Assembly: GCF_017809215.1 (NCBI RefSeq)
Contig: NZ_CP065424.1
Coordinates: 4,333,509 to 4,373,508, forward strand
DNA: 40,000 bases
Reading direction: 5' to 3'
DNA from: Heyndrickxia oleronia
GTDB lineage: Bacteria > Bacillota > Bacilli > Bacillales > Bacillaceae_C
Shown: one piece after another, positions 8,473 through 18,381 of the stretch
How the letters are laid out: each line of letters begins with the position of its first letter
Numbering within the stretch: the stretch's first letter is position 1
Program-made: the position numbers and the translations under genes
The notes under the pieces: generated by a model
The model's input: the letters and a program-made list of their open reading frames with translations, nothing else
What the model was told of the DNA's origin: nothing
Databases searched by the model: none

Positions 8473-9538
8473 TAATCATCACACTCCCTTTTACAGGGAT
8501 TTCTCTAGGTAAAATAATATTTCCGGGATTACCATTTAAAGTTGTATTTATAATATCCTGTACACCATCAATAGCTAAAATACGAGATTCTAGATGGCTA
8601 ATTCTTAAGACTAGTGAGTCACCTTTTTTCCATTCTTTTCGAATTTCTTCAAGATACTTTTCAAAAACTGATATAACTAGGGGCTCTACTTGTCCTACTG
8701 TCAAATCATTAAGTAATAAAGTAGTACCAAAATCTACACTAACCGATTGAACTGCTTCTATAACAACCTTGTGGCCAATTGGAGCAGTACCATACCCTTC
8801 ACCAGTTACTTCTATAGGATCAATAGCATTTTGAACTGAATCAATCAGCTCCTTATTTGGTACATTAAAAGTTGAATCGATAATAACTGCTTTTACGGTT
8901 CCTCCTCCATTAGGAGTACGATATAATTGGACTCCACCTACGCCTTGGATATCCATAATTTTTTTCCTATAGTCCGCTCTATTCCCACCAAATGGATGAT
9001 CATTTAAACTTTCAACAAATTTGTTATATAAAGATTCATCGGATTCCTCATCTTCGCCAGGTATTAAAACATCAGATAGTATTGCTTTTCCTAAACCTTG
9101 AATCGACTCTATAGGTAGTAGATCGCCATAATCTTGGTTTCCGATTACTCCAGGCGTTTCAGCTTCAAGTCTATACTCCCCGTCACTTATTTGACTAATA
9201 GCTTGATAGATAATGTCATTTAATCGAAATCGACTGTTAATTGGTATATTCATTGGTCTTGATTGAGTATCAGTAAATATTCCCTTACGAATCGCTTTTG
9301 TAGCTAAATCCGGGTAAACCCCATGCTCAGCTACCCGTCTTCTTAGATATTCACCATCAGAAGTATCTGCAAAAATTAACCTTAAAAGAATATCTATATT
9401 AGAATACATTTCTGCAAATTTCATAGCTGTTTTAGCAAGTGCATCATAAATAATGGATCCTTCCCTCTTATCTACGTCATCTTGCACATCGTCCAGCATA
9501 TCTTGAAGAATACTTTGAAAAGTATAATGTTCAAACAA
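8465..9538 (-). CDS. Baseplate J-like protein (XkdT-like)
   Basis: Size, position and N-terminal FQSILQDMLDDV..REGSIIYDAL pattern. Confidence 0.72.
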   Translation of the reverse strand: MFEHYTFQSILQDMLDDVQDDVDKREGSIIYDALAKTAMKFAEMYSNIDILLRLIFADTSDGEYLRRRVAEHGVYPDLATKAIRKGIFTDTQSRPMNIPINSRFRLNDIIYQAISQISDGEYRLEAETPGVIGNQDYGDLLPIESIQGLGKAILSDVLIPGEDEESDESLYNKFVESLNDHPFGGNRADYRKKIMDIQGVGGVQLYRTPNGGGTVKAVIIDSTFNVPNKELIDSVQNAIDPIEVTGEGYGTAPIGHKVVIEAVQSVSVDFGTTLLLNDLTVGQVEPLVISVFEKYLEEIRKEWKKGDSLVLRISHLESRILAIDGVQDIINTTLNGNPGNIILPREIPVKGSVMINE

Positions 9539-9944
9539 ACGGGATCGCCTCCCTTAATACATTCACGTCACCGTAGATAGTAAGGGCAGTCAAACTTACA
9601 AAGGCTTCATCCTTTTCAAAATCAAGCTTGAAGTTTTCGATGGACGTAATTCGTTCATCTTGCAGCAAAGCTTCTTTTATTCGCCTTGGAAGTTCACCCC
9701 GAACGAATAGGCGCTCATGACCAATCATGTCCTGAAAGCCGTAGTCATCTGAATAAATCAGATGGGCGAATCGTTTGGTCCGCAAAACCTTTAGAATTGC
9801 TTGTTCCATTGCTTCTTTCCGGTCAATGAAGCCTGTACATCTGCCGCGTTCCAAATCTAATTTATAAGTACGGGTAGGAAGCTGCGCCTCACTAACTACT
9901 TCTAAATCTTCCGTGACAGTGACTCCTCCTACTGGTAAGACCAT
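9531..9944 (-). CDS. XkdS-like baseplate protein (DUF2634)
   Basis: PTRTYKLDLERGR..IDRKEAMEQAILKVLRT pattern; synteny. Confidence 0.62.
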   Translation of the reverse strand: MVLPVGGVTVTEDLEVVSEAQLPTRTYKLDLERGRCTGFIDRKEAMEQAILKVLRTKRFAHLIYSDDYGFQDMIGHERLFVRGELPRRIKEALLQDERITSIENFKLDFEKDEAFVSLTALTIYGDVNVLREAIPFV

Positions 9945-10342
9945 ACTTCCTCACCTCTCTTATATCTATCAATGACTAAAAAACGGTGACCGCCTTGTAC
10001 ACGTAGTAGTACCACCTTGTCACCTTTTTTTAACCCATTTTCAAATATCATTTTTGCGTATTTCAAATTGTATTTTGAATAGCCTTCAGATGAACTTGTA
10101 TCTTTTGCCGTATCCCCTATGACTGAATCTGGCCAAGTCTTTGGGTTCTCATAGTCAACAGAGATAATTCTTTCATGTCGGGTTAAGTGTTCGGCAATAT
10201 CCAGAAACTCTTCTGTCAGCTTCAGTTTTTCGTGAACACGAATTTCCAAAGGCTTTGCATTCTCAACTGTACCGTACAAAATATTAACAGGGTTGGTTGC
10301 CATAACGGCTTTCACTGCCGCCTTTTTCACATTGTCGTACAT
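9929..10342 (-). CDS. XkdR-like protein (DUF2577)
   Basis: Synteny and size; N-terminal ILYGTV...PLEIRV pattern. Confidence 0.6.
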   Translation of the reverse strand: MYDNVKKAAVKAVMATNPVNILYGTVENAKPLEIRVHEKLKLTEEFLDIAEHLTRHERIISVDYENPKTWPDSVIGDTAKDTSSSEGYSKYNLKYAKMIFENGLKKGDKVVLLRVQGGHRFLVIDRYKRGEEVWSYQ

Positions 10343-11302
10343 TTAAACCACCTTCACTTTCAAGTCCATGGTGTGTACACCTTCTTGCCATTTGTGGGTA
10401 CATTCGTCAATCATGACATAATCTTTTATGCCAAGCTTTGCAATGTATAGGTAGAGCATACGACCCGCGCGCACTTTCCAATTACCTAGGCAAGATAACT
10501 CAAGCGTTTTTGTCTCTTTGTTATATGCCTTGATGGATCGCTCAACCAATTCCTTGATCTGGGCATCTGTCATGTTCTCGTCCACTTTGCGGAACTGCTG
10601 AAGAAGACCCCATTTCTTGATGTTTGCTGAATCTTGGGCTATAAAAGTTTCTCTTTTAGCTTTTTTCTTGTTGTCCCGAACGAACTTTATTTTGTTATAC
10701 GTTTCCTTATCAATTGACTTGGAATACTCATAATCGTAAAGCAGGCTGTCATCACCAATGTAGAAATCGTCAGCAGGTATGACCAAATTTTCAATACTTC
10801 GCAAATCAAGTTTCCCGAAATTATCAAACAGGATAAAATTTCGGTTTGTTGCAATCAAAGTGGAATCAAGGAATTTTGCCACCACATCGAAAGCCTCTTT
10901 TTCATCCTCTACGATTCCAGGAACGACAAACTTTGTGTCTTCCAAAATGCCGGTGCTCAAATTTAGCATTCCTGCGATTCTCTTTATAGCAGTTGTAGCC
11001 GTGGAAGAAGGCATAACATAAGTGTCCTGGTTCTTTAAGTATCGTAGTTGGTCATACGCCTTGATTGACATATCTCCACTCTTTTTTATGCCGTCCTCAA
11101 AAGCGAAGCCATAGAAAATCTTGTTATTGCCTTCAGTAGCCCGGATAATTGCCCCACCTTCAACAGGGAACTCCAAAGGCTTATCATTATACATATCTGC
11201 TTCAAACGAACTTGCTTTCCCGATCCGTTCCGTTTTCCATTCAAAAGATTTAACTGGAATATCGAACACTTCACCTTTTCGGTTATCGATTAAGATTTCC
11301 AT
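10343..11302 (-). CDS. XkdQ/YqbQ-like tail hub (late-control-D-like)
   Basis: Synteny between the LysM protein and XkdR-like gene; 319 aa. Confidence 0.65.
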   Translation of the reverse strand: MEILIDNRKGEVFDIPVKSFEWKTERIGKASSFEADMYNDKPLEFPVEGGAIIRATEGNNKIFYGFAFEDGIKKSGDMSIKAYDQLRYLKNQDTYVMPSSTATTAIKRIAGMLNLSTGILEDTKFVVPGIVEDEKEAFDVVAKFLDSTLIATNRNFILFDNFGKLDLRSIENLVIPADDFYIGDDSLLYDYEYSKSIDKETYNKIKFVRDNKKKAKRETFIAQDSANIKKWGLLQQFRKVDENMTDAQIKELVERSIKAYNKETKTLELSCLGNWKVRAGRMLYLYIAKLGIKDYVMIDECTHKWQEGVHTMDLKVKVV

Positions 11303-11312
11303 TCATCCCACC

Positions 11313-12005
11313 TCATTTCTTTGTCCAGGACGGAGGAATCTTTAATTTCAATCCTATGGCCAACTTGCGGTATTGGCTTGGTTGGATGTTATTGAGCTTC
11401 GCCAACTCAGAATAATTGTTCCCGTTACCTGTGTACTTCTGAGCGACTTTCCAAAGACTATCACCTTTCACTAAGGAGTAGGTTTGTGGAACTGTTCTTT
11501 TGTTTTGCGTTGCTGGAGCCTTCTTTTTAACAGCAGCCGGCTTCTTCTTGGATGAGGCTGTTGTCGTTTTTGGCTTTGCTACTTTAAGTTTCTTAGGACC
11601 AAACGGGACGAATTTTTTTAATGCAAGAGTAAAATTTACGTCCGAAGTTCCATAGGATTCATCATATTCAAAAGATTCAATGGTTACGAGCTCATTGATA
11701 ATAAAAGAGCCGTCCACGTATATATAGCGAACTGGCTCTTTGTCATTCATCCATTTTTCAAGTTTTTCCGTGTAGAATGAGGGCTCCCTAAAATCAGTTT
11801 CAAGGAAATGATACTTTTGCGCTGGGAAAAAACTTTCAAGATCAAACTCTTTCAACTCAACGTCTTTTGGTACATTGACTGAACCAAGTTTTGCTATTTT
11901 AAAAGATTCCCCATCCCCTTTATTCTTCACGTTTACTGTTTCGGGATTGACAGGAAGACGAAACCCTTCCGTGTCATTCTTTACGCTTAGATAGATCCCC
12001 CTCAT
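11313..12005 (-). CDS. LysM-domain tail protein (XkdP-like)
   Basis: C-terminal YSLVKGDSLWKVAQKY...LKLKIP LysM motif. 4-nt overlap with the tape measure gene. Confidence 0.78.
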   Translation of the reverse strand: MRGIYLSVKNDTEGFRLPVNPETVNVKNKGDGESFKIAKLGSVNVPKDVELKEFDLESFFPAQKYHFLETDFREPSFYTEKLEKWMNDKEPVRYIYVDGSFIINELVTIESFEYDESYGTSDVNFTLALKKFVPFGPKKLKVAKPKTTTASSKKKPAAVKKKAPATQNKRTVPQTYSLVKGDSLWKVAQKYTGNGNNYSELAKLNNIQPSQYRKLAIGLKLKIPPSWTKK

Positions 12006-14530
12006 GTCACTACCCCTTCTACACTTCGAGCCATGTCATCTTCAAAGCTCTTATTAATTTTTGAGATCACTTTATCAATATCCGCTTCCTCCTTCATCGT
12101 CACGTCTTTGAAGGTAACGGACGGGCTAAGAGTTATATTCACTTGATTGATAGATCGACTATCCGCCATTTCAAGCAAAAGCTTCAAATCCTCATCGGCA
12201 ATGTTGATCTTGTCCTCAATCTTGCCGATCTTATCCAACTTTCCACCTGTCGGGTTTTTGCTTTTCTTTCCTGCAGCACCTGGTGCAGTTGCACCACCTA
12301 GTGTAGGATCATATCCTCCTGCAGGAACTTCTCCTGGATTCATTAAACTAGAATTCTTTCCTGACATTAAACCAGTTACTTTATCAATTGCACCTGTCAG
12401 TTTTTCGCTGGCCTTTAAGGAAAGATTAGATCCAACTTGTTGACCTTTAACAAATGCATCACCAAGATTCTTGTACTCTAGCCTTCCAAAAGAAACTTGC
12501 TCCGGAGCTGTAGGCATGTTGACACTCTTCATGTAGTCTCCTGCCGTATTGAATGAGCCAAGGTTTACAGGTCCTGCCTTAGTAGGCGCTACAAGGTTAG
12601 CTTTTATACTGTTTAGCTTATCAACAGCTGCGGTGCTTGCTTTCAAATCGACGTTACCAATTTCGCCAATATCTACGCCTGGGATTTTGTTAATTAAACT
12701 AATTAATGAGTTTATGCCGCTGACTGCCTTGTTAACTAGGGTAGAAATACCACTAAGTGCATGATTCACCGCACCCACTATTCCAGACGCTACACTACTC
12801 ATGACCGTGAGGATGCCTTCCTGCATTTTATAGAACCCCATTTGTACTAAGTACACTCCGTTATTCCAGATATTGATAAAGAATTCAGCTGTTCGAAGTG
12901 CAGCATTTCCTATGGCATCAAAGACCATACGGACAAGCAGGTTTAAACCTATCCATGCCAATTGAACCCCGAAAACTGCTTGATTCCAATGATTTACGAA
13001 CCATTCTGCGACCATGATACCAAAATTCCCGATGCCCATGAGCGTATTGTAAAACACAGCACCAAGCCAGTAGACAGACCCAACAATCGCCCCAATAACC
13101 GTAGCCGTAGTGTCAGCCCAGGCAACCATTGCATAAATAACAAGTGCTATGACTGCCACGATTATGAGCAGTACAATCCCGATAGGATTAGCAAGATATG
13201 CAGCGTTAACAGCCCACTGCAATGCCGCCCATGCTGCTGTTGCCACACGAATTAAACCAATAATAGCGTATTTCGTGAGCAGGATTCCGGAGATTGTAAG
13301 AAGAACAGCCCCTATTGTCGTTAGAATAGGCGCTATCCAAGACCAGTTATCCGCGAATATTCCAGCTACCCATAAGGCTGCCTGACCCATCCAAGATAAC
13401 AATGTCGCTATAAAGGTGATAGAAGCTCCTATCCCCTCAAAGACACCATCAAATCTATTACCGCCAAATGTCTCATTGAACATATTTACAAGTGGGACAA
13501 AAGCAGCTACTGCGGGACCGATATATTTAGGCACTTTTTTGAAAGCGTCAGTTACAATACCGATGGTTTTGGTTAGCGGCTCCATGAAGTCATCCATCAT
13601 AGCAGCACCGGCATTTCTGCGGGCAGAATTAAGTGAATCAATTGCACCGCGCCATGTACCTTTCACACCTTCCATCAATCCGCCAAATTTTTTATTCATC
13701 CCTTCTACTAATGCGGTAATGGCCATACCTGCGTCAACAGCCCCATCGGAAACTTGATCCCTCATTTCGTTAGCAGACTTACCTGCGGCTTTCCCAAGTA
13801 TTTCAAAGGCATTAATACCATACTGAGAAAGCCGATCTACTTCTACGGCTGTTATTTTCCCTTGAGCCTGGATCTGTCCGAATATGTTGGCCATGTTCTG
13901 CATCTCAGCATTTCCGCCTCCGATAGCTGCTACTGCGTCACCTATAGCTTTCATGATTGGAAAGGTGTTTTTTGCTTCTATACCGAATGCAATTAAGTTC
14001 CTACTAGATTCCAGTAGATCTGGATAAGAGAATGGGGTCTTTAGTGCAAAAGCATACATATCGTCCATGTATTGCTTAGCTTTTTTTGCATCTCCAAGGA
14101 AAGTGGTGAATGCTACCTCAGAACTTTGCTTGAATGCATGGAAATCAATCCCTCGTGAAAACATATCCGATAGCGTATTTTTTGCTGCATTAAATAATTT
14201 ATAAGCCCCAACCGCTGCTAACAGCCCACCAGCATAATCTTTTAGTAAAGAAAGCCCGTCACCAAGAGAATGATTGAACTTCTCCTGTTGACGGGCTGCG
14301 CCCTCCGCTCCCCTTCCGGTGTTATCCATAGAACTCCGTAAACGCTCAAGGTCTGCTGAAGCATTGGATATGTTCCGCCTAGCATTCGCCAGGCTCTTTT
14401 GGTCCAGTTGCTGGGTAGCAGAGTCCATCTGCTCCATAACTCTTATTGTACTATCCATGGCTCGCATGATTTTCATTAGGGGGCCGGTCAACCTATCTTG
14501 AAGAGATAGTGTTGTTTGAGCGCCTGACAT
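12002..14530 (-). CDS. Tail tape measure protein
   Basis: 842 aa, with a long hydrophobic central block and Gly/Ala-rich repeats. Lies downstream of the chaperone genes. Confidence 0.85.
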   Translation of the reverse strand: MSGAQTTLSLQDRLTGPLMKIMRAMDSTIRVMEQMDSATQQLDQKSLANARRNISNASADLERLRSSMDNTGRGAEGAARQQEKFNHSLGDGLSLLKDYAGGLLAAVGAYKLFNAAKNTLSDMFSRGIDFHAFKQSSEVAFTTFLGDAKKAKQYMDDMYAFALKTPFSYPDLLESSRNLIAFGIEAKNTFPIMKAIGDAVAAIGGGNAEMQNMANIFGQIQAQGKITAVEVDRLSQYGINAFEILGKAAGKSANEMRDQVSDGAVDAGMAITALVEGMNKKFGGLMEGVKGTWRGAIDSLNSARRNAGAAMMDDFMEPLTKTIGIVTDAFKKVPKYIGPAVAAFVPLVNMFNETFGGNRFDGVFEGIGASITFIATLLSWMGQAALWVAGIFADNWSWIAPILTTIGAVLLTISGILLTKYAIIGLIRVATAAWAALQWAVNAAYLANPIGIVLLIIVAVIALVIYAMVAWADTTATVIGAIVGSVYWLGAVFYNTLMGIGNFGIMVAEWFVNHWNQAVFGVQLAWIGLNLLVRMVFDAIGNAALRTAEFFINIWNNGVYLVQMGFYKMQEGILTVMSSVASGIVGAVNHALSGISTLVNKAVSGINSLISLINKIPGVDIGEIGNVDLKASTAAVDKLNSIKANLVAPTKAGPVNLGSFNTAGDYMKSVNMPTAPEQVSFGRLEYKNLGDAFVKGQQVGSNLSLKASEKLTGAIDKVTGLMSGKNSSLMNPGEVPAGGYDPTLGGATAPGAAGKKSKNPTGGKLDKIGKIEDKINIADEDLKLLLEMADSRSINQVNITLSPSVTFKDVTMKEEADIDKVISKINKSFEDDMARSVEGVVT

Positions 14531-14552
14531 ATATTCTCACCAGCCTTTCAAG

Positions 14553-14585
14553 CAAAATAAAAAGCACCCAAATTTAATGAGTGCT
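14553..14585 (-). terminator. Strand-specific intrinsic terminator between the moron and the tape measure gene
   Basis: Minus strand reads AGCACTC-ATTAAATTT-GGGTGCT followed by TTTTTATTTT. The T-G wobble becomes a C-A mismatch on the plus strand. Confidence 0.6.
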
Positions 14586-14590
14586 TAATA

Positions 14591-14953
14591 CTAAAATAGT
14601 GATTTTATTAGTGTTTTATATAATTTTTCATTGATTTCAATTAAAGACTTTTTACCATCTTTAAACTCAATTGCTAATGTATGTGTCCCTTTATTTTTTG
14701 CCGATAGCCCTGCTAATAAGCCGACAGGCCCTAATAATGCCCCTCCTACTAAACCTCTTGACACACCACTCACGGCGCTTTTTCGATGTTCTTCCGTGAT
14801 CAATTCATAAGAAGATACAGTATCTTTATTCAATGGAAATTTTTTAGTAAAACCAGTAAATAAAAAAACTTCTTCTTTTCCAAATAAAGATTGTTTACTA
14901 AGCAATATGTTTTTCCCTTCATACTCTCCTGCAATAACTTTATTTTGAGCCAC
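14591..14953 (-). CDS. Moron: 120-aa protein with central glycine-zipper segment (GLVGGALLGPVGLLAGL)
   Basis: ORF track gives 14591-14986. The better start is GTG at 14953, 5 nt after AAGGAGGGGG. Inserted between the chaperone and tape measure genes. Confidence 0.6.
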   Translation of the reverse strand: MAQNKVIAGEYEGKNILLSKQSLFGKEEVFLFTGFTKKFPLNKDTVSSYELITEEHRKSAVSGVSRGLVGGALLGPVGLLAGLSAKNKGTHTLAIEFKDGKKSLIEINEKLYKTLIKSLF

Positions 14954-14999
14954 TTTGTCCCCCTCCTTTTTATACCAATATAGCATAAAAAAGGGGGAG

Positions 15000-15200
15000 T
15001 TATTTCTTTTTCCTTTTCGCTCGCTTTGCTTCTTTCTGCTCTTCCTTGATACGAATGTCGATACTCGCTATAACAAAAGCTTTCTCTTTTCTGTCCATTT
15101 CAAAAAATTCTTGTGGACGTATTCTTAAACGCTGGAGGGCGTAATGTGCATAAACCGCTTCAGGATCCTTTTCATCAGGCCCTCCATCTATTAGTTTTTT
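15000..15200 (-). other. -1 frameshift extension of the tail assembly chaperone (slippery A_AAA_AAC at 15194-15200; 64-codon -1 frame to TAA at 15000-15002)
   Basis: Zero frame reads GCA AAA AAC TAA. The -1 frame stays open: LIDGGPDEKDPEAVYAHYALQRLRIRPQEFFEMDRKEKAFVIASIDIRIKEEQKEAKRAKRKKK. Confidence 0.6.
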
Positions 15201-15592
15201 GCTTCTTCAATGTCCTCGTTGATGTTGCCACCAATTCCGCTGATCTCAGTCACCTTTTCAAGAATCTGCGATGCTTCACCCAAATAAAACAGTTCGGAGA
15301 AAAGATTCTCCGCCCCACGAACCCCGTAAGATTCTTGAAGCTCAACATCGTTCAAGTCAGGATAGACAATTGAAGCAGTATTGATTCCACGGTTGTATTT
15401 CACTACATCAAACACTCTCTCTGGACGGCCTTTGATTCCAGGTTTATTTACGAAACACTTCTCATTAATCTTATCGGCTTCCCCAGCAGTCAATGGACGC
15501 AATTCAATAGGCTCTTCAAAACGTTCTAGTTTTAATTTAACTGTTTCCGTTTGTTTTACGTTACCCTTCATAAAAGAACTAAATTTACTCAT
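15191..15592 (-). CDS. XkdN-like tail assembly chaperone
   Basis: Position between the tube and tape measure genes; 133 aa; acidic C-terminus ending in a slippery heptamer. Confidence 0.7.
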   Translation of the reverse strand: MSKFSSFMKGNVKQTETVKLKLERFEEPIELRPLTAGEADKINEKCFVNKPGIKGRPERVFDVVKYNRGINTASIVYPDLNDVELQESYGVRGAENLFSELFYLGEASQILEKVTEISGIGGNINEDIEEAKN

Positions 15593-15612
15593 TTACATTT
15601 CCTCCCTTTTTA

Positions 15613-16080
15613 TCAATCAGTAATTACATTAAATTGATCCAAGAAATCAAAGTCATCAAACGTGAAGTCCGTTTCATCCTTCAAAAGATCGTCCGTGTCC
15701 CCATCAAGCATGGCAATCAAGGCTCCGTCAGGAACAACATTCTTAATGAGCGCTGTCTGTTTTCCTGCACGAGAAGTGATATCGGCATTGACAACTTGAA
15801 CATCCATGATAGGTGACTTACCTGTTTTCACATACTCTAGTGCCATCTTTCGCATTTCTGGTCGATGATAATAGAACTCCATGGAGCCTGTACCTTCTGC
15901 ACCCACGATCTTTCCGCCTTTCATACGCTTTCCAACCGACTTTACATCTGCTTTTGTATAATCAATACGGGCTTCGAATTTAATCAATTCAGCGTATTCG
16001 TGCACCTGCCCTTCAATGGTGACGTACACCATGCCTTCTTTTGCACTAATTGCATCGTTATTTTGCATAATACGTGGCAT
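15613..16080 (-). CDS. Tail tube protein (XkdM-like)
   Basis: 155 aa, immediately after the sheath gene; synteny. Confidence 0.75.
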   Translation of the reverse strand: MPRIMQNNDAISAKEGMVYVTIEGQVHEYAELIKFEARIDYTKADVKSVGKRMKGGKIVGAEGTGSMEFYYHRPEMRKMALEYVKTGKSPIMDVQVVNADITSRAGKQTALIKNVVPDGALIAMLDGDTDDLLKDETDFTFDDFDFLDQFNVITD

Positions 16081-16094
16081 TCATTCCACCTCCG

Positions 16095-17408
16095 TTATTT
16101 ACATTCAACAGTCATATACAACTTTTCCATAGCGTCGTTGAACTTCAGACCCATAGAAGCCAACACAGCATCTTTTTCAGCGCCTTGTTGTAGATGGATA
16201 TCATCCGGATCATATGGTTCGATTGCTCCCCGACGAACAAGTGGATCCAAGATAACGGTCATGATCTGTCCTTTGAATAGGTTTCGACCGTTCTCATCGT
16301 TATCTACTTTCCCGATGAAGAAACGGGAGTAGATATGCTGTACGTTATTTGAAACAATATCCATTTGACGCACAATTTTGTTTTTACGGAAATCTTGGTT
16401 CTTGATCGGTGTAAAGGAACGGAATGTGTTGATATCTTGTTCGACCACCACTTTGTCCACGCCGTCAGCACCTTCGTTATAGGTATAAACAATGTGTCCG
16501 TCCTGCAATGCTTTGACAATCTCATCATGGCTCAGACGCTCACAATCAATAGCCCCAGGGTATTCTGCATAAGTAAGTGAATTGGTGGTTGCATTGGCAT
16601 AAGCAGCACCGTACCAGTACACAGACTCCTTGGCTGCCAATTCTTCCCCACCATCAAGCATAACGCCGTTTAGTACGGAAACAACTCCTTCATGATCTGC
16701 AGCTTTATAATCATTGGTAACGAAAGTAACATTCTTACCTTCCTGCTCTCTCCATTGCTTTATTTTCAAAGAGAATAGTAATTTAATAGAATCGTCATCC
16801 GTTCCAATAGCGATAGTTTTGAATCGTTGAGAATCCAATCCTGCTGCCAAATCAGAGTAGGATTCATTTGTAGCCGCTACTGTCGTTCCATCTTTCAAGG
16901 TCAGAGTTGTTTCACTAGTAGGAAGCTCCCCGGAGAAAGCGACATAAGCATTCGGCTTCAATTCTACGCTTGAAATTACCTCCTGAGAATCCACGGGGTT
17001 ACCGTCAAAGAAAGTTTTAACAGTAGCGCCACCTTCCAGTTCAGGAGCCACCATAACTACAATCTTATTTCCATCTGAACCCCCATGAATTGCAGTAACT
17101 GTAAAGGTTCCATTTGTCGCTTTTGCTTTCTCACCCTTACCATTTAAGTTGTAGACTATGACTTCACCCGTACCCTTGAAGGCTTCACGAATAGGAATAA
17201 GTTCATCTAGCGATTTTCCAAACTTCTCTTTGAACTTAGTATTCGGAGAAACTTTGATAAACTTGCCTGTTTCGCCCCAATCAGCTTTAATAGGGACTAC
17301 TTCAGCACCACGAGAATCAAGTCCAGTGGCTACTAGAGCATTGGTTTCAAAGTTAACATAAGCACCAGGACGTACTTTGTTTTGAGTTTCCCAAAATCCT
17401 CCTGCCAT
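16095..17408 (-). CDS. Contractile tail sheath protein (XkdK-like)
   Basis: 437 aa; N-terminus MAGGFWETQNKVRPGAYVNF is typical of sheath proteins. Confidence 0.82.
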   Translation of the reverse strand: MAGGFWETQNKVRPGAYVNFETNALVATGLDSRGAEVVPIKADWGETGKFIKVSPNTKFKEKFGKSLDELIPIREAFKGTGEVIVYNLNGKGEKAKATNGTFTVTAIHGGSDGNKIVVMVAPELEGGATVKTFFDGNPVDSQEVISSVELKPNAYVAFSGELPTSETTLTLKDGTTVAATNESYSDLAAGLDSQRFKTIAIGTDDDSIKLLFSLKIKQWREQEGKNVTFVTNDYKAADHEGVVSVLNGVMLDGGEELAAKESVYWYGAAYANATTNSLTYAEYPGAIDCERLSHDEIVKALQDGHIVYTYNEGADGVDKVVVEQDINTFRSFTPIKNQDFRKNKIVRQMDIVSNNVQHIYSRFFIGKVDNDENGRNLFKGQIMTVILDPLVRRGAIEPYDPDDIHLQQGAEKDAVLASMGLKFNDAMEKLYMTVECK

Positions 17409-17587
17409 TACGCTTTAACCTCCTTCTTCTTCCAATCTTCTACAAGCTTGGTTACTTCTTCTTTCGTGTAAGTAGTGCCGTCCTTTAATAAAACTTGTAG
17501 AAGTAATCGTTCATTTGTTTTTTTTGCGGCATTTAAAAATGCTGCTTTCCCGAACTTCTGTCCAGGCGTGGTTTTTGCTTTAGTCAC
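17408..17587 (-). CDS. Hypothetical small protein (start probably GTG at 17587 after GGAGGTG)
   Basis: ORF track gives 17408-17602. ATGA-type coupling to the sheath gene start. Confidence 0.5.
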   Translation of the reverse strand: MTKAKTTPGQKFGKAAFLNAAKKTNERLLLQVLLKDGTTYTKEEVTKLVEDWKKKEVKA

Positions 17588-17993
17588 TCGTAGCACCTCC
17601 ATAATGCAATTTCTGCATTTTTGTTCCTACTTCTATTTCACGAACAATTTTTTTCACGCTAAACGTGATTACTAGAGTTCCATCATGCTTTTCCGCTTCC
17701 AATCGATTGACATGATATTGATTGGCAATGTAGCGAAAGTTCTCTTTAAACGTTTGGCTTACCTTATCGGTTTCTGTATAAACATTTCTTTCATCTTCAG
17801 GAAAGTAGGTGACGTTCACCAAGAACTGCCACTCTGACAGATTCCAAAGTTTTCTTTCCTGCGAATCGTTTACTATAAGCACCAAAAAAGCAGGAACTTT
17901 GAGTCCCTGCCGGATTGGTTCATCATATACTTTTATCCCACCAAAAACTTGTTTCAGTTGCTGAATAATGAGGTCTTTAAGTTCAGTTACCAA
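17580..17993 (-). CDS. XkdJ-like tail completion protein
   Basis: Synteny and size only. Confidence 0.5.
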   Translation of the reverse strand: MVTELKDLIIQQLKQVFGGIKVYDEPIRQGLKVPAFLVLIVNDSQERKLWNLSEWQFLVNVTYFPEDERNVYTETDKVSQTFKENFRYIANQYHVNRLEAEKHDGTLVITFSVKKIVREIEVGTKMQKLHYGGATSD

Positions 17994-18381
17994 AGATTCG
18001 TCTCATCTCCTTTACTACTTCTTTTTCCCACATATTCGGAGCAATACGTTGCATTTCTTCTTCGGTCAACTTCAACATAAATCTCCCTTCAACCCAACCA
18101 ACTGTTTTTCCCGCGATGACTATTCTATGTCCATTCTCCACGAAGGAGGCATATTCCAATTGATTATAAATGACAATAATATACGTATCGCCCTTTTTGA
18201 TAACATCATATTTCCAATTGTTACGTAAATCCCCTGTATCCACAGGAGTCATCTTCTTAACTTTACGGATGGCCAATTGAGCTACACGTTTTGCTACTTT
18301 CATATGAATCTTATAAGAAGCCTTATTTAGCTCAATCAGATTTTCCTTGATACGTGACACTTCGCTAAATTCAAAACCCAT
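17983..18381 (-). CDS. HK97 gp10-family head-tail joining protein (XkdI-like)
   Basis: MTPVDTGDLRNNW motif. ATG at 18381 forms a TAATG junction with the upstream gene. Confidence 0.72.
   Translation of the reverse strand: MGFEFSEVSRIKENLIELNKASYKIHMKVAKRVAQLAIRKVKKMTPVDTGDLRNNWKYDVIKKGDTYIIVIYNQLEYASFVENGHRIVIAGKTVGWVEGRFMLKLTEEEMQRIAPNMWEKEVVKEMRRIFGN

Noticed and set aside
12147-14501. Seven plus-strand ORFs (60-113 aa) inside the tape measure gene
   Set aside because: All are antisense to a continuous 842-aa frame, are low-complexity (Pro/Ser/Ala-rich mirror of the Gly/Ala-rich TMP) and lack SDs. Shadow ORFs.
15865-16332. 155-aa plus-strand ORF across the tube/sheath junction. The same call applies to 20464-20799, 21003-21347, 34924-35373, 10779-11021, 5003-5983 and similar.
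   Set aside because: Antisense to well-supported structural genes, with no ribosome-binding sites and Ser/Phe/Cys-rich compositions typical of reverse-frame artefacts.
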